A stretch of DNA of 64,000 nt from an uncultured delta proteobacterium (GTDB lineage: Bacteria; Myxococcota; Myxococcia; Myxococcales; Myxococcaceae): the NCBI GenBank assembly GCA_963771175.1, contig CAVYSY010000050.1, positions 145,167-209,166 of the forward strand, in the 5' to 3' direction. The number at the start of each line of letters is the position of its first letter. Position 1 is the first letter of the stretch. This document shows positions 10,044-21,833 of the stretch, one piece after another. Position numbers and translations under genes: made by a program. Under the pieces are notes generated by a model, which did not search any database, had not been told where the DNA came from, and saw only the letters and a program-made list of their open reading frames with translations.

Positions 10044-10643
10044 ATGAAGCTCTCGTCTGTCGTCGTACGGTGGGGCCTCGGGGCCGCACTGACCATGGGA
10101 GTCGGCGCGTGCGCGAGCCGGCAGCAGGTGGTTGAGAAGGAGACCCGTCCCTCCGAGTCGCTGGCCGCGTACTACCCGCTGGCCGTGGGCAACCGCTGGA
10201 CGTACCGGGTCAACGGCCGCGTGGACAAGACCGTGGACGTGGAGGTGCTCAAGGAGGAGGACGGGTACTTCCTCGACAACCAGGGCGGGCAGCTCTCCGT
10301 GGATGGGTTCGGCATCCGGGATCGCAAGCGCTACCTGCTGCGCGGGCCGCTCGCCGAGGGCAACGCGTGGACGAACGTGGTGTCCGTGTCCTCCACCGAG
10401 CGCTACCGCATCCTCCAGGCGGGAGTGCCCTGTGAGGCGCCGGCCGGCTCCTTCGCCCACTGCGTGCGGGTGGAGGCGCGCAACCGCGTGGACGCGGAAA
10501 CCACGCTGGTGAACGCGCTCACCTTCGCCGAGGGCGTGGGGCTGGTGCGCGTGGAGGTGTCCGCCGAGAAGAGTAACGGCGAGCGCCTGCCGCAGACGTG
10601 GTTGGAGCTGGCCTCGTATCGGCTCGAGAACGCGGGTCGCTGA
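10044..10643 (+). CDS. Hypothetical lipoprotein (YYPLAVGNRWTY family)
   Basis: Lipobox VGAC; YPLxxGNxWxY, PAGSFAHC and FAEGVGLV motifs. Confidence 0.75.
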   Translation: MKLSSVVVRWGLGAALTMGVGACASRQQVVEKETRPSESLAAYYPLAVGNRWTYRVNGRVDKTVDVEVLKEEDGYFLDNQGGQLSVDGFGIRDRKRYLLRGPLAEGNAWTNVVSVSSTERYRILQAGVPCEAPAGSFAHCVRVEARNRVDAETTLVNALTFAEGVGLVRVEVSAEKSNGERLPQTWLELASYRLENAGR

Positions 10644-10660
10644 GAACAGGGGAGCGGAAC

Positions 10661-11983
10661 ATGAAGGAGATTGGCATTGCCCTGCTGGGGCTGGGCAACG
10701 TGGGGCTGGGGACGTACCGGATCCTCAATCAGCACGCGAAGGACATCGAGCGGCGTCTGGGCGCGCGAGTGCGTGTGCGCCACGTGCTGGTGCGCAACCA
10801 GGGCAAGGCCCGTCCCGAGGACGTACCCGCCTCGCTCCTCACCCACGACATCCAGACCATCCTGAAGGATCCGGAGGTGTCGGTGGTGGTGGAGGTGATG
10901 GGCGGGCTGAGCCCCTCGAGCGAGTACCTCGAGCAGGCGATCGCCTCGGGGCGCCACGTGGTGACGGCGAACAAGGCGCTGCTGTCCTCGCAGGGTGAGG
11001 CGCTCTTCTCGAAGGCGGTGGCGCGCGGGGTGGACGTCCACTTCGAGGGCGCCGTCTGTGGCGGCATCCCCATCATCCGCACGCTGCGCGAGGCGCTCGC
11101 GTCGGACCGGGTGGAGTCGCTCATCGGCATCGTCAACGGCACCACCAACTTCATCCTCTCGGCCATGGCGGACGAGGGGGCCACGTACGCGGACGCGCTC
11201 CGGCGTGCGCAGGAGCTCGGCTACGCGGAGGCGGATCCGACGTTCGACGTGGGAGGCATGGACGCGGCGCAGAAGCTGTGCCTGCTGGCCTCGCTGGCCT
11301 TCTCCGCGCGCGTGTCCCCCGAGTCCATCCTCGTCGAGGGGATTACCAGCCTCACCCCCGCGGACATCTCCTACGGGCGCGAGGCGGGCTATGTCCTCAA
11401 GCTGCTCGCCCAGGCGCGCCGCGCTCCCGAGGGCCTGGATGTGCGCGTGCACCCGGCCTTCATCCCCGCCGCCAGCCCCCTGGCGGACGTGCGCAGCGCC
11501 TTCAACGCGGTGCTGCTCCAGTCCGCCGCGCTGGGGGCCTCGCTCTACTCGGGCCGGGGCGCCGGGGCGATGCCCACCGGCAGCGCGGTGGTGTCGGACA
11601 TCATCGACACCTGCCGCAACCTCCTGGCCGGCGTCTCCGGGCGCCTGCCCCTGCCGTGCGCGCCGCACGTGCAGGACGTGCCCCTGCTGCCCTCGGGCGA
11701 GCGTCGCGGGCCGGCCTACCTGCGCTTCTCCGTCAGCGACGAGCCCGGCGTGTTGGGGCGCATCGCCAGCGTGATGGGGGAGAAGGGGGTGAGCATCAAC
11801 TCGGTGCTCCAGCGCCCCCCTCGCCCCGAGGACTCCCACGCCACCATCGTCGTCTTCACCCACGACACGCGCGAGTCGGATGTCATGGCCGCGGTGAAGT
11901 GGATCGACTCGCTGCGCAGCACACGTGCTCCCACCCAGGTCATCCGTATCGAAGAGGGGCCCGGGGTGCTCCTCGCAGGGTAG
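10661..11983 (+). CDS. hom: Homoserine dehydrogenase with C-terminal ACT domain
   Basis: GLGNVG, VVTANK, FEGAVCGGIPII, GIVNGTTNFIL, LGYAEADPTFDVGG.DAAQKL, GRGAG..PTGSAV, DEPGVLG. Confidence 0.95.
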   Translation: MKEIGIALLGLGNVGLGTYRILNQHAKDIERRLGARVRVRHVLVRNQGKARPEDVPASLLTHDIQTILKDPEVSVVVEVMGGLSPSSEYLEQAIASGRHVVTANKALLSSQGEALFSKAVARGVDVHFEGAVCGGIPIIRTLREALASDRVESLIGIVNGTTNFILSAMADEGATYADALRRAQELGYAEADPTFDVGGMDAAQKLCLLASLAFSARVSPESILVEGITSLTPADISYGREAGYVLKLLAQARRAPEGLDVRVHPAFIPAASPLADVRSAFNAVLLQSAALGASLYSGRGAGAMPTGSAVVSDIIDTCRNLLAGVSGRLPLPCAPHVQDVPLLPSGERRGPAYLRFSVSDEPGVLGRIASVMGEKGVSINSVLQRPPRPEDSHATIVVFTHDTRESDVMAAVKWIDSLRSTRAPTQVIRIEEGPGVLLAG

Positions 11984-12089
11984 GGGGCAGCCGAGCAACC
12001 GACTGATTCGGTTACCTGCCTGGCGGGGTGGTTGAAAGCCGCGCCGCTCGTCCCTACCCTGGGGGCCCTTTTCGCCGGAGGGCCTCTGG

Positions 12090-13116
12090 ATGGGTGCGAT
12101 GGAGAACGCCGAGCAGACTCAAGAGGAGCTCATCCTCGGTTTCCTCGCGGATGGGCGTGACGAATACACCTCGGGAGAGGCGCTCTCCGCCAAGCTGGGC
12201 CTGTCGCGCACCGCCGTGTGGAAGCACGTGCAGGCGTTGCGCGGCAAGGGCTACCGCATCGACGCCGTGCCCGCCCGGGGCTATCGGCTGGTGGACGTGC
12301 CGGATCGGCTCTCGCCGCTGGAGCTGTCGCCGCTGTTGGCCACCCACCACCTCGGGCAGAGCATCCACTTCCACGAGACCCTGCCGTCCACCAACGAGGC
12401 CGCCTTCCGGCTGGCCGCGGACGGCGCCGAGCACGGCGAGGTGGTCGTCACCGAGCAGCAGACGGCCGGCAAGGGCCGCCGGGGCCGCGTCTGGGTGTCG
12501 CCTCCGAGGCTGAACCTGTACTTCTCCGCCATCCTCCGGCCGGAGCTGGCGCCGCAGCAGGCCCCCGAGCTCACGCTGGTGGCCGCGGTGGCGCTGGCCG
12601 AGACGCTGCGTGAAGAAGGCGTCGACGCCCTCATCAAGTGGCCCAACGACGTGCAGATCGGTGGCCGCAAGGTGGCGGGCATCCTCACCGAGCTGTCGGC
12701 GGAGCCGGAGCGCGTCCACTTCGTGGTGCTGGGCATCGGCGTCAACCTCAACGCCGGCCGCGAGGACTTCCCCCCGGAGGTGGCCGCCACCGCCACCTCG
12801 CTCTCCGAGGCGCTGGGCCGGCGCGTCAACCGCGCCCTCTTCACCACCGCCCTCTGGGGCCGCCTCGAGGAGTGGCTGGACCTGCACCACGAGGAGGGCT
12901 TCGATCCGGTGCGCCAGCGCTGGAAGGCAGCTGTCCTCCACGCTCGGCCAGGACGTGCTGGTGCGTACCGACCGATCGGAATTGCGCGGTGTGGCCGAAG
13001 ACATCGATCCCGCCGGGGCGCTCCTGGTGCGGACGGCGCGGGGCTCGCTGGAGCGGGTGCTCGCCGGGGATGTGGAGCAGCTCCGTCCCCGGGTGACTCC
13101 GCCGCGCCCCGAATAG
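12090..13116 (+). CDS. birA: Bifunctional biotin repressor / biotin-protein ligase (frameshift near 12928)
   Basis: [19 protein letters not shown] w[34 protein letters not shown]. The C-terminal [18 protein letters not shown] lies in the next frame. Confidence 0.9.
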
Positions 13117-13156
13117 GGGCGTGGGCGGGCGGCTTCGCGCTAGAGTCGGCGAGGCC

Positions 13157-13928
<772 letters not shown>

Positions 13929-13932
<4 letters not shown>

Positions 13933-15094
13933 GCACCACCGCCGCGCCCCAGGACGATTCCGGCCTCGCCCAGGGCTGCCCCATCACCGCGGAGTTCCTG
14001 CCGCCCACATGCGCAAGCACGTGGATCCGGCCGCGCCGCCGCGCCGCTGCGGATGATGGCCGCCAAGGCCCTGGTGCCGCTGGCGCCCGCGGACATGCTC
14101 GGCGCGCTCTTCATGCTCACGTTCGATCGCGGACGCGGGCGTGCGCGAGACGGCCACGAAGAGCGGCCGCCGGCCTGCCGGATCGCATCCTCTCCGCCGC
14201 CCTGCGTGACGAGGACGTCGCCGCCCCCGTGCTGGGCTGGTTCCTCGCGCGGCTGCGCGGCCAAGGACGTCTACGCCGAGATGCTCGTCCTCAACCCCAC
14301 CACGCCCGACGAGGCGGTGGCCGAGGTGGCCGCGAGCTGCAGCGCGAAGATCGCGGAGATCATCGCCGAGAACCAGCTCCGCGATCCTGCGCCACGAGGA
14401 CATCATCCGCAGCTCTGCACAACCCGCAGCGCCAGCCGGCGCCCTGATCGACACGCGTCTGTGACTTCGCGGTGCGCAGCGGCGTGATCCTCGCGGACGT
14501 GCCGCAGATGCAGGCCGCGCGCGTGCGCCTCTTCGGGCCCCAGGCCGCTCCCGCCCGAGCCCGGTCCCACCGCCGAGGAGATCATCGAGGAGTTCAAGGA
14601 CGTCGTGGCCAAGGAGCCGGCGGAGGGGGAGGCGGAGAACGCCCCGCCCATCGAGGAGGCCAAGAAGCTCAGCCTCACCCAGCGCATCATGAAGATGAGC
14701 ATCGCCGAGAAGATCAAGCTGGCGACGCTGGGCAACAAGGAGGCGCGCAGCATCCTCATCCGCGACACCAACAAGCTGGTCTGCGGTCGCCGTCATCCGC
14801 AGCCCGCGCATCACCGACGGCGAGGTCCTCTCCGCGCGGCCAACAAGGCCGTCAACGAGGAGGTGCTGCGCATCATCTACACCAGCCGCGAGTGGACGAA
14901 GAACTACCAGATCAAGCTGGCGCTGGTGAAGAACCCCAAGGTGCCGCTCTCGGTGGGCATGAAGCTTCCTCACCACCCTGCGCGAGAACGACGTGAAGGA
15001 GCTCGCGCGGGACAAGAACGTCCCGTCCGCCGTCCAGGGCATGGCCAAGAAGATGATGGACAAGAAGAACGAGCCCAAGAAGGAAGAGAAGTAG
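13929..15094 (+). CDS. Conserved hypothetical protein following coaX (several frameshifts; start uncertain)
   Basis: Fragments MMAAKALVPL, LVLNPTTPDEAV, IIAENQLR, SLTQRIMKMSIAEKIKLATLGNKEARSILIRD, KNYQIKLALVKNPKVP; stop TAG at 15092-15094. Confidence 0.65.
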
Positions 15095-15150
15095 GGCTCG
15101 CGGTGGGGGCGAGGGGAGCTCATCACGGGTTCAGCCCGTGGGGCTCGGGA

Positions 15151-15193
15151 CCCTCGCCCCGGGTGCCTCTCCCGGTGGGGGAGAGGCGAGGGT
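15151..15193. repeat. REP-like palindrome / bidirectional terminator between convergent genes
   Basis: ccctcgcc...cctctccc ggtg gggagagg cgaggg nested inverted repeats. Confidence 0.5.
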
Positions 15194-15196
15194 GTC

Positions 15197-16942
15197 TCAG
15201 GCGACGGCTTCCTCGTCGTCCTGACCCGCGGGCTGCTCCTCGAGGAGCTGCGTCGCGATGGCCAGCGCCTTCTTCGTCTTCTCGCGCAGCTTCTCGTCGG
15301 TCTTGATGCGCGTGTAGAGCCGCGCCACGCGCTCCTCGTTGCGCGCCACCGACTCCTCCAGCTCGGAGATGCGCTTGCGCAGCTCGTCGGACTCCTGGCT
15401 CGCCTGGGCCCTCGCCTCGTCCAGCTCCGCCCGCGCCGCGTCCAGCTCCGCCCGCGCCGAGTCCAGCTCCGCTCTCAGGCTGTCCGCCTCGTTCCGCGAC
15501 GCCGCCAGCTCCGCGTCGAGCTGATCCGCGCGCGCCCGGAGCTCCTCCACCTCGGCGGCCTGCGCCTGGTAGTGCTCCACCTCGGCCTGCATCGCCGCCG
15601 CGCGGGCCGTGGCGCCACGCGCCTCCTCCTTCGCCGCCGCGAGCTGCTGCTCCACCCGCTTGCGCTCCGCGAGGAGCTGGTCCGCCTTCGTCTGCAGCGT
15701 CTTGAGCTGCGCGTCCCGGCGGGTGATCTCCTCCGTGGCCCCGTTGGCCTGCGTCTCCAGCGCGAGCTGCTTGTCCTGCAGCTCGACGATCTCCTGCTCC
15801 TTCTGGTTCAGCTCGGTCTTGAGGCGGAGGATCTCCCGGTCCTTGCGGTTGGAGGCCTCACGCAGCGCCAGGGTGGCCTGGTCGTTCTTGCCGACGGAGG
15901 CCCTCGTCGTCTCCAGCTCCGTGGACTTGCTCTCCAGCTCGGTCTCGAGCTCCTGCACCCGGCTCTCCGCGGTGCTGGTCTGGGCGCGCGAGTCCTCCAG
16001 GGTGCCCTCCAGCTCGGCCACGCGGGCGCGCAGGTTGCGCAGCTCGGCGGCGTCCGCCGCGGACATGGCCGGGGCCGCGGGCGTGCTCGTCACGGCGGGG
16101 CGCGTCGGAGTCGTCACCGCGGGAGTGGTGCGGGCCGGCGGCGTGAAAGTGGATACCGCGGCCGGCCTGGCCACGGGCTGAGGGGCGGCGCGGGCCGGAG
16201 TCGGCGCGGGCGTCGGCACCGGCGTCGGCATGAAGCCCACCACCGTCTTGTCGTCGTTGCCGTCGTCCATGCCGAACGCGTCCAGCGCGTTGTCGGTCTC
16301 ACCACCACCCAGGCTGTCGAGCCCGGAGAAGTCGTCCTCGGGCGCGCTCAGCTCCGGCGGGGCCTCCACCGGCTCCTCGAGGCTGCCCGTCACGGGCTGA
16401 TCCAGGGAGTCCGCGAAGGGGTTGTCGGTGTCGAACATCGACAGCTCGTCGCCGTGGCTCTCCAGCGGCTCGCCCTCGATGGCGAGCTCCTCGCCCTGCA
16501 CCGGCTCGTCGCCCAGCCCGTCCAGGCCGCCGAGGGTGAGACCGTCGTCGACGACCTCGCCGGCGGGCAGCTCCGGGAAGCCGATCAGCGTGCCCACGCG
16601 CTCCACCAGCTCGTCGGGGTTGACGGGCTTGGCCACGTAGTCGTCCGCGTGCGCCTTCAGCTTGCGGTGCTGCGCGAAGCCATCCGGGTTGCCGATGATG
16701 ACGATGGGGATGGCCTTGAGGTCATCGTCCTTCTTCAGCTTGCCGCAGATGAGGTAGCCGTTCTGGCCCGCCGAGAGGTCCACCGCGAGCACCACCAGCT
16801 CCGGCCGGTCGCGGCGGATCTGCTCCACGCTGCCCTTGCCGTCGGTGGTCTCCTGCGCCGCGAAGCCGCGGGCCTCCAAGGCCTCACGCAGGGATGCGGA
16901 GAGGGCGGTGTCACTTTCGACGATGATGATGTTCTTGGACAT
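15197..16942 (-). CDS. frzS: FrzS: pseudo-receiver domain, acidic/Pro-rich linker and coiled coil (S-motility regulator)
   Basis: MSKNIIIVESDTALS...DGKGSVEQIRRDRPELVVLAVDLSAGQNGYLICGKLKKDDDLK..IGNPDGFAQHRKLKAHAD matches the FrzS receiver; Ala at the phosphoacceptor position; position near the frz locus. Confidence 0.92.
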   Translation of the reverse strand: MSKNIIIVESDTALSASLREALEARGFAAQETTDGKGSVEQIRRDRPELVVLAVDLSAGQNGYLICGKLKKDDDLKAIPIVIIGNPDGFAQHRKLKAHADDYVAKPVNPDELVERVGTLIGFPELPAGEVVDDGLTLGGLDGLGDEPVQGEELAIEGEPLESHGDELSMFDTDNPFADSLDQPVTGSLEEPVEAPPELSAPEDDFSGLDSLGGGETDNALDAFGMDDGNDDKTVVGFMPTPVPTPAPTPARAAPQPVARPAAVSTFTPPARTTPAVTTPTRPAVTSTPAAPAMSAADAAELRNLRARVAELEGTLEDSRAQTSTAESRVQELETELESKSTELETTRASVGKNDQATLALREASNRKDREILRLKTELNQKEQEIVELQDKQLALETQANGATEEITRRDAQLKTLQTKADQLLAERKRVEQQLAAAKEEARGATARAAAMQAEVEHYQAQAAEVEELRARADQLDAELAASRNEADSLRAELDSARAELDAARAELDEARAQASQESDELRKRISELEESVARNEERVARLYTRIKTDEKLREKTKKALAIATQLLEEQPAGQDDEEAVA

Positions 16943-17125
16943 GAAAGGCTGCCAGACCAGGGAAGGCGTGCGAGTGCTCGCGGCGATGCGCGAGGACGGC
17001 GGCTCTGGAAAAGTCGCTCGGGGAGGCTATCGGTGCCTACCGGGACCGTCAATCTTCGGTCCTGTCGGATTTCCAGCCCGTCCGGCACGCCCGGTGAGCG
17101 AGCAGCCTTCGTGCGCGAGCGTGCT

Positions 17126-17953
17126 TCAGGGCTGTAGCGAGACGGGCACGGCGACGAGGTCGGGCGACACCGGGCGCGACGGCTTGCCACTCGCGTCGTC
17201 CTGCTCGGTGAGCATGCGGCGGATGTCCTTCTCGTCGAGATCCGTCACCAGCTCGTAGACGATCTCCCCCTCGCGCCACACGGCCACGTTGTAGCCGAGG
17301 CTGGAGCCCACCTGCACGGAGGGCAGGGGAGGGGCCTTCACCTCGCGCTGGGCATCATCGAAGACGAAGAGGCCGATGCGCTTCGTCGGCGCGCCCTGCT
17401 GCTCGGTGTGGCTCTCGTAGCTGATGTACGCGGCGGGGCGATCCGTCACGTTGGAGATGCGCGCGCCGGAGAGTCTGCTTCCCGGCAGCTGGGGCACCAC
17501 CACGCGGTGATCGAACTTGCCGTCGAGCCAGGCCTCGACGACCTCGTGCGAGGTGCCGGCGATCTCCACCGGCAGCTTCCTGGCGTGCCGCCGCGCGGCG
17601 TCCTCCATGAAGCGGCGGTGTTGCTCCGGCTGGAAGGCCATCCACGCACCGCCGGCCGCCATCACCACCAGGGCCGCGGCGCTCGCGCGCAACCACCAGG
17701 CCTGCTGGACGCGCCGCTGCTCCTGGCGCATCCCGTTCTGGAGTCTGGCTCGCAGGGCGGCGGGCGCCCGCGTGGTCTCCACCGCCTGTCGCGCGGCCCG
17801 ACGCAGCGACTGCTGCATCCGCGCTTCCTCGTGGACTCGCCGCGTGCACTGGGTGCACTGGTTGAGGTGCGCTTCCACCTCCAGCCGTTCCTCGGTCTGG
17901 AACTCGCCGTCGAGGTACGGGTAGAGGATCTGGTCCAGTTCCTGGCAGGTCAT
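17126..17953 (-). CDS. Zinc-finger (zf-HC2) transmembrane anti-sigma factor
   Basis: MTC..LYPYLDGE..EAHLNQCTQC (HxxxCxxC), one TM segment, directly downstream of the ECF sigma gene. Confidence 0.9.
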   Translation of the reverse strand: MTCQELDQILYPYLDGEFQTEERLEVEAHLNQCTQCTRRVHEEARMQQSLRRAARQAVETTRAPAALRARLQNGMRQEQRRVQQAWWLRASAAALVVMAAGGAWMAFQPEQHRRFMEDAARRHARKLPVEIAGTSHEVVEAWLDGKFDHRVVVPQLPGSRLSGARISNVTDRPAAYISYESHTEQQGAPTKRIGLFVFDDAQREVKAPPLPSVQVGSSLGYNVAVWREGEIVYELVTDLDEKDIRRMLTEQDDASGKPSRPVSPDLVAVPVSLQP

Positions 17954-17980
17954 GAGCGCTCAGGGGGTGGGCGAAAGGTT

Positions 17981-18011
17981 TGGGCCCGTGGAAATAATAT
18001 TTCCGGGCCCA
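17981..18011. promoter_or_regulatory. Inverted repeat between the sigma and anti-sigma genes
   Basis: tgggccc gt ggaaata a tatttcc gggccca. Confidence 0.45.
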
Positions 18012-18022
18012 TGAACCTCGAT

Positions 18023-18694
18023 CTACCCCACCTTCTTCCTGCGACGATATTCTTCCAGGTTCGTCGCAGCGCCGGTGGCGGTATTTCCGGTATTGGCGGC
18101 CCCGCCACCCTCGCCCTCTTGACGCAGCACGCCAGTGCCCTGGGCGTACTCGCGCAGCGTCTTCTGCAGCAGCTTGCGTCCGCGGAACAGCCGGCTCATC
18201 ACCGTGCCCACGGGGCACTCGAGGATCTCGGCGATCTCCTTGTAGGAGAACTCCTGCAGGTCCGCGAGGATGACCACCAGCCGGAAGTCGATGGGCAGCG
18301 CGTCGATGGCGCGCAGCACGTCGTCCGAGAGCAGGCGGTCGAAGAAGTACTGCTCGGGGTTGGCCGCGAAGTCCGTTGCGTCCCGGCTGACGAAGCGCTC
18401 GTGCACCGCCTCGCGCTCCACGCCCTCCACCACGCTGCGCTCCTTCACCTTGCGCCGGTAGCGGTTGATGAAGGTGTTGGTGAGGATCTTGAAGAGCCAG
18501 GCCTTGATGTTGGTGCCGCGCTCGAACTTGTCGAAGAAGCGGTAGGCCCGCATGCAGGTGTCCTGCACGAGGTCCTCGGCGTCTCGCTCGTTCTTGGTCA
18601 GCCGCAGGGCCGCGGAGTACAGCGGGTCGAGGTGGGCGAGGGCCAGCTCCTCGAATTCCTGTTTGGTCCGGTTGTTTTGCCGGAAGTCCAACAT
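18023..18694 (-). CDS. rpoE1: ECF sigma factor (RpoE1-like)
   Basis: [51 protein letters not shown]; same position between ald and frzS as the M. xanthus rpoE1 locus (from memory). Confidence 0.85.
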   Translation of the reverse strand: MLDFRQNNRTKQEFEELALAHLDPLYSAALRLTKNERDAEDLVQDTCMRAYRFFDKFERGTNIKAWLFKILTNTFINRYRRKVKERSVVEGVEREAVHERFVSRDATDFAANPEQYFFDRLLSDDVLRAIDALPIDFRLVVILADLQEFSYKEIAEILECPVGTVMSRLFRGRKLLQKTLREYAQGTGVLRQEGEGGGAANTGNTATGAATNLEEYRRRKKVG

Positions 18695-18898
18695 GCTCCC
18701 GCCTTCCAGAGGCCCGAAATTACAGGCGATTGAGTCGTTCCCTACCCGGCAATGTATGCACGGGAACATAACGGGCAACAACACAAAGCCCGCCGGCGCC
18801 GTCTGCACGGCTGCCCCGGCGGGCGGGAGACATGTAACAGGGAGGAATATTCCCTGCTTCGAGCAGGAGATTCTCCTCCCTGATGTCGGCAGGGTTGA

Positions 18899-20031
18899 CT
18901 ACCGGCCCTTCGAGCCGATCGCGTCGGTGATGGGCAGGTAGGTGTAGCCCAGGTCCTTGGCCACGGCCTCGTAGGTGACGTGGCCGTTGTAGGTGTTGAG
19001 GCCGCGGGCCAGGGCCTTGTCGCTCTTGATGGCCTCGACGAGGCCCAGGTCGGCGATCTTCCGGGCGTAGGGCCGGGTGGTGTTGGTGAGGGCGAAGGTG
19101 GAGGTCTGGGGCACCGCGCCGGGCATGTTGGCCACGCAGTAGTGGACCACGCCGTGCTTCACGAAGGTGGGGTTGTCGTGGGTGGTGGGCACGCAGGTCT
19201 CGATGCAGCCGCCCTGGTCCACCGCCACGTCCACCACCACGGAGCCGGGGCTCATCTCGGCGATGAGGGCCTCGGTGACGAGCTTGGGCGCCGCCGCGCC
19301 GGGGATGAGCACGGCGCCGACGACGAGGTCCGCCTCGCGCACGCGACCTGGCGATGCTCTCGCTGTCGGAGGCCAGGGTGGCCACGCGGCCGAGGAACAC
19401 GTCGTCCAGGTAGGTGAGGCGCTCGAGGTTGATGTCGAGGATGGTGACCTCGGCGCCCATGCCCACGGCGACCTTGGCCGCGCTGGTGCCCACCACGCCG
19501 CCGCCGATGATGGTCACGCGGCCGCGGCGCACGCCGGGCACGCCGCCCAGGAGGATGCCCTTGCCGCCGTGCGCCTTCTCCAGGCACGCGGCGCCGACCT
19601 GGATGGCCATCTTGCCGGCCACCTCGCTCATCGGCTTGAGCAGCGGCAGCGAGCCGTCGTCGAGCTGGATGGTCTCGTAGGCCACCGCGGTGACCTTCTT
19701 CTTCACCAGGACGCTGGGTGAGCTCGGGGTCCACGCCGGCGAGGTGGAAGTAGGTGTAGATGATCTGCCCGTTCTGGATGCGCTCGTACTCGGGCGCGAT
19801 GGGCTCCTTCACCTTCACGATCATCTCGGCGCGCTTCCACACCTCGTCCGCGCTCTGGACGAGCTGCGCGCCCACGCGCTCGTACTCCGAGTCGGGGATG
19901 CCCGAGCCGACGCCGGCGCTCGTCTCGACGAGGACCGTGTGGCCCGCGCTGGTGAGCGCGCGAACGCCCGCCGGAACCATGCCGACACGGTACTCGCGGG
20001 TCTTGATCTCCTTGGGAACTCCGACGATCAC
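18899..20031 (-). CDS. ald: Alanine dehydrogenase (frameshifts near 19345 and 19710-19740)
   Basis: [75 protein letters not shown]. Confidence 0.93.
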
Positions 20032-20080
20032 TTGAGCTGCCTCCGAAAAGTCCGCGAATAGGCGGAAAAAAAGTGGGCGG

Positions 20081-20109
20081 ACCCTAGGCAGGGGCCTGAG
20101 GGGAGTCAA
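20081..20109 (-). promoter_or_regulatory. Candidate sigma70 promoter for ald
   Basis: Minus strand TTGACT-N17-TAGGGT (+ strand agtcaa 20104-20109, acccta 20081-20086). Confidence 0.6.
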
Positions 20110-20192
20110 GACGCGCTCCGGCAAGGAGTCATACGGCTCGTGAACGCGCGGTGCGTCGAAAGTCCGGCCCGGCAGTGGTAGTTAACGAGGTC

Positions 20193-21501
20193 ATGACTTT
20201 GGTACCGAAACTCCTGTTCGCCGACTCCAAGGGCCGGGTGATGGAGCACCCTTATCTGCTCGCCACCCTGCGCAGCGGAGAAGAGCTCGTTCCCCCCCAG
20301 GACAAGCCCATCCCGCTGCCGTCCGCTGGCCGGCTCGTCCACCTGCCGGGCCGCCTGCCCGTGGGGCTCGATCCCGAGACGGGCGAGCTGGAGCTCGTGC
20401 GCGAGATGAAGGTGAACGGGAAGACCTTCGTGCCCAGCGCGGTGGGCGCGCTGCTGCCCCCGGGCTACACGCGCACCTTCCTGCCCGGCGAGGTGAAGGC
20501 GGAGGGTCCCGTGCTGCCGCAGTGGGCCTACACCGCCGCGGCCTGGGGCGAGGACGGCCCGGTGGCCTGGGCCATGCACACCGACAGGCGCTCGCACTGG
20601 GACCCCGAGAAGTACTCCACGCCCGAGCTGAAGAAGATGGTGGACGCGCACCTGGCGCGCTTCCCCGGCAACCGCGTGCTCAAGCAGCTCACGACGTGCG
20701 CGCTGCTCTACCGGTGCTTCACCTCGCAGAACATCTTCTACGTGCGCGACGAGGGCGCCATCCCCGCCTCGGTGATGTGCAACGCGCGCTGCGTGGGGTG
20801 CATCTCGGATCAGCCGAAGGACGGGCCTCCCGCCTCGCACGAGCGCATGGATGACGGACCCTCCGGCGAGGAGATGGGCGTCATCGGCCTGTACCACCTG
20901 GAGAACGCCACCGGCCGCACCATGGTCAGCTTCGGCCAGGGCTGCGAGGGCGAGCCGCTCACCCGGTGGAAGTTCATCGCCGAGGCCATCCGCTACATGC
21001 GCGCGCACACCTCGCGCGGCTCCATCAACATCAACACCAACGCGAGCCTCACCCACGGGCTGGAGGCGCTCTTCGACGCCGGGCTCGACGCGGTGCGCGT
21101 GTCGCTCAACTCGGCGGACGAAGGACCTCTACGAGGCCTACTACAAGCCGGTGAAGTACGGCTGGGAGGACGTGGAGGCCTCCATCGCGCTGGCGCGCAA
21201 GCGCGGCGCGTACCTCGCGCTCAACCTGCTCCTCTTCCCGGGCGTCACCGATCGCGAGGGCGAGGTGGAGGCCCTGGAGCGGCTGGTGCGGCAGTACCAG
21301 GTGGATCAGGTGCAGACGCGCTCGCTGTGCATCGATCCGCTCCAGTACCTGGAGGTGGCGCGAGACCGGGGCGCGGGCGGAGAGCCCGTGGGCATCCGCG
21401 AGCTGCTGCGCCGACTCAAGGCGGCCCGGCCCGGGCTCATCATCGGCAACTTCGCGCGGGGCCTCGAGGAGCGGGAGAACGCCGCCGGGCGTCGCAAGTA
21501 G
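20193..21501 (+). CDS. Radical SAM protein (frameshift near 21118)
   Basis: CNARCVGC (CxxxCxxC), SFGQGCEGEPL, ININTNAS, VRVSLNS, NLLLFPGVTD. Confidence 0.88.
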
Positions 21502-21520
21502 AAGAGCCTTCGTTTCATCC

Positions 21521-21549
21521 CGCGCACCAGATGCCCATGCTGGTGCGCG
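21521..21549 (+). terminator. Hairpin downstream of the radical SAM gene
   Basis: cgcgcaccag-N9-ctggtgcgcg perfect 10-bp inverted repeat; no clear U-tract. Confidence 0.45.
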
Positions 21550-21833
21550 CGAGGTGTCCGTTGTCGAGCCACGGTGGGCTCGGCCTTCACCCATCGTCAC
21601 AGTGGAGAGTTGCTGGCGGTGGACTGGCCGAGGCCCTCACGGACGTGACGGAGCCCTTCCGGCGCCCGACGGGTGTGTCGGAGGCGCCCAGCTCATCGGA
21701 GAAGGCAGGGCCCGGTCCGGTATTTTGAGCCTCGGTGTTTACACTGCCTGCCGTGTAAGCGCACAGTTCTGCCATCCCTGTTTTATCGCTGAGTTCGCGA
21801 GTCCGGAGTTCAACATTGCGTGGAGGTAACACC

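Noticed and set aside
15197..16942. Missing phosphoacceptor Asp in the receiver domain as a novelty
   Set aside because: This is the known pseudo-receiver property of FrzS.
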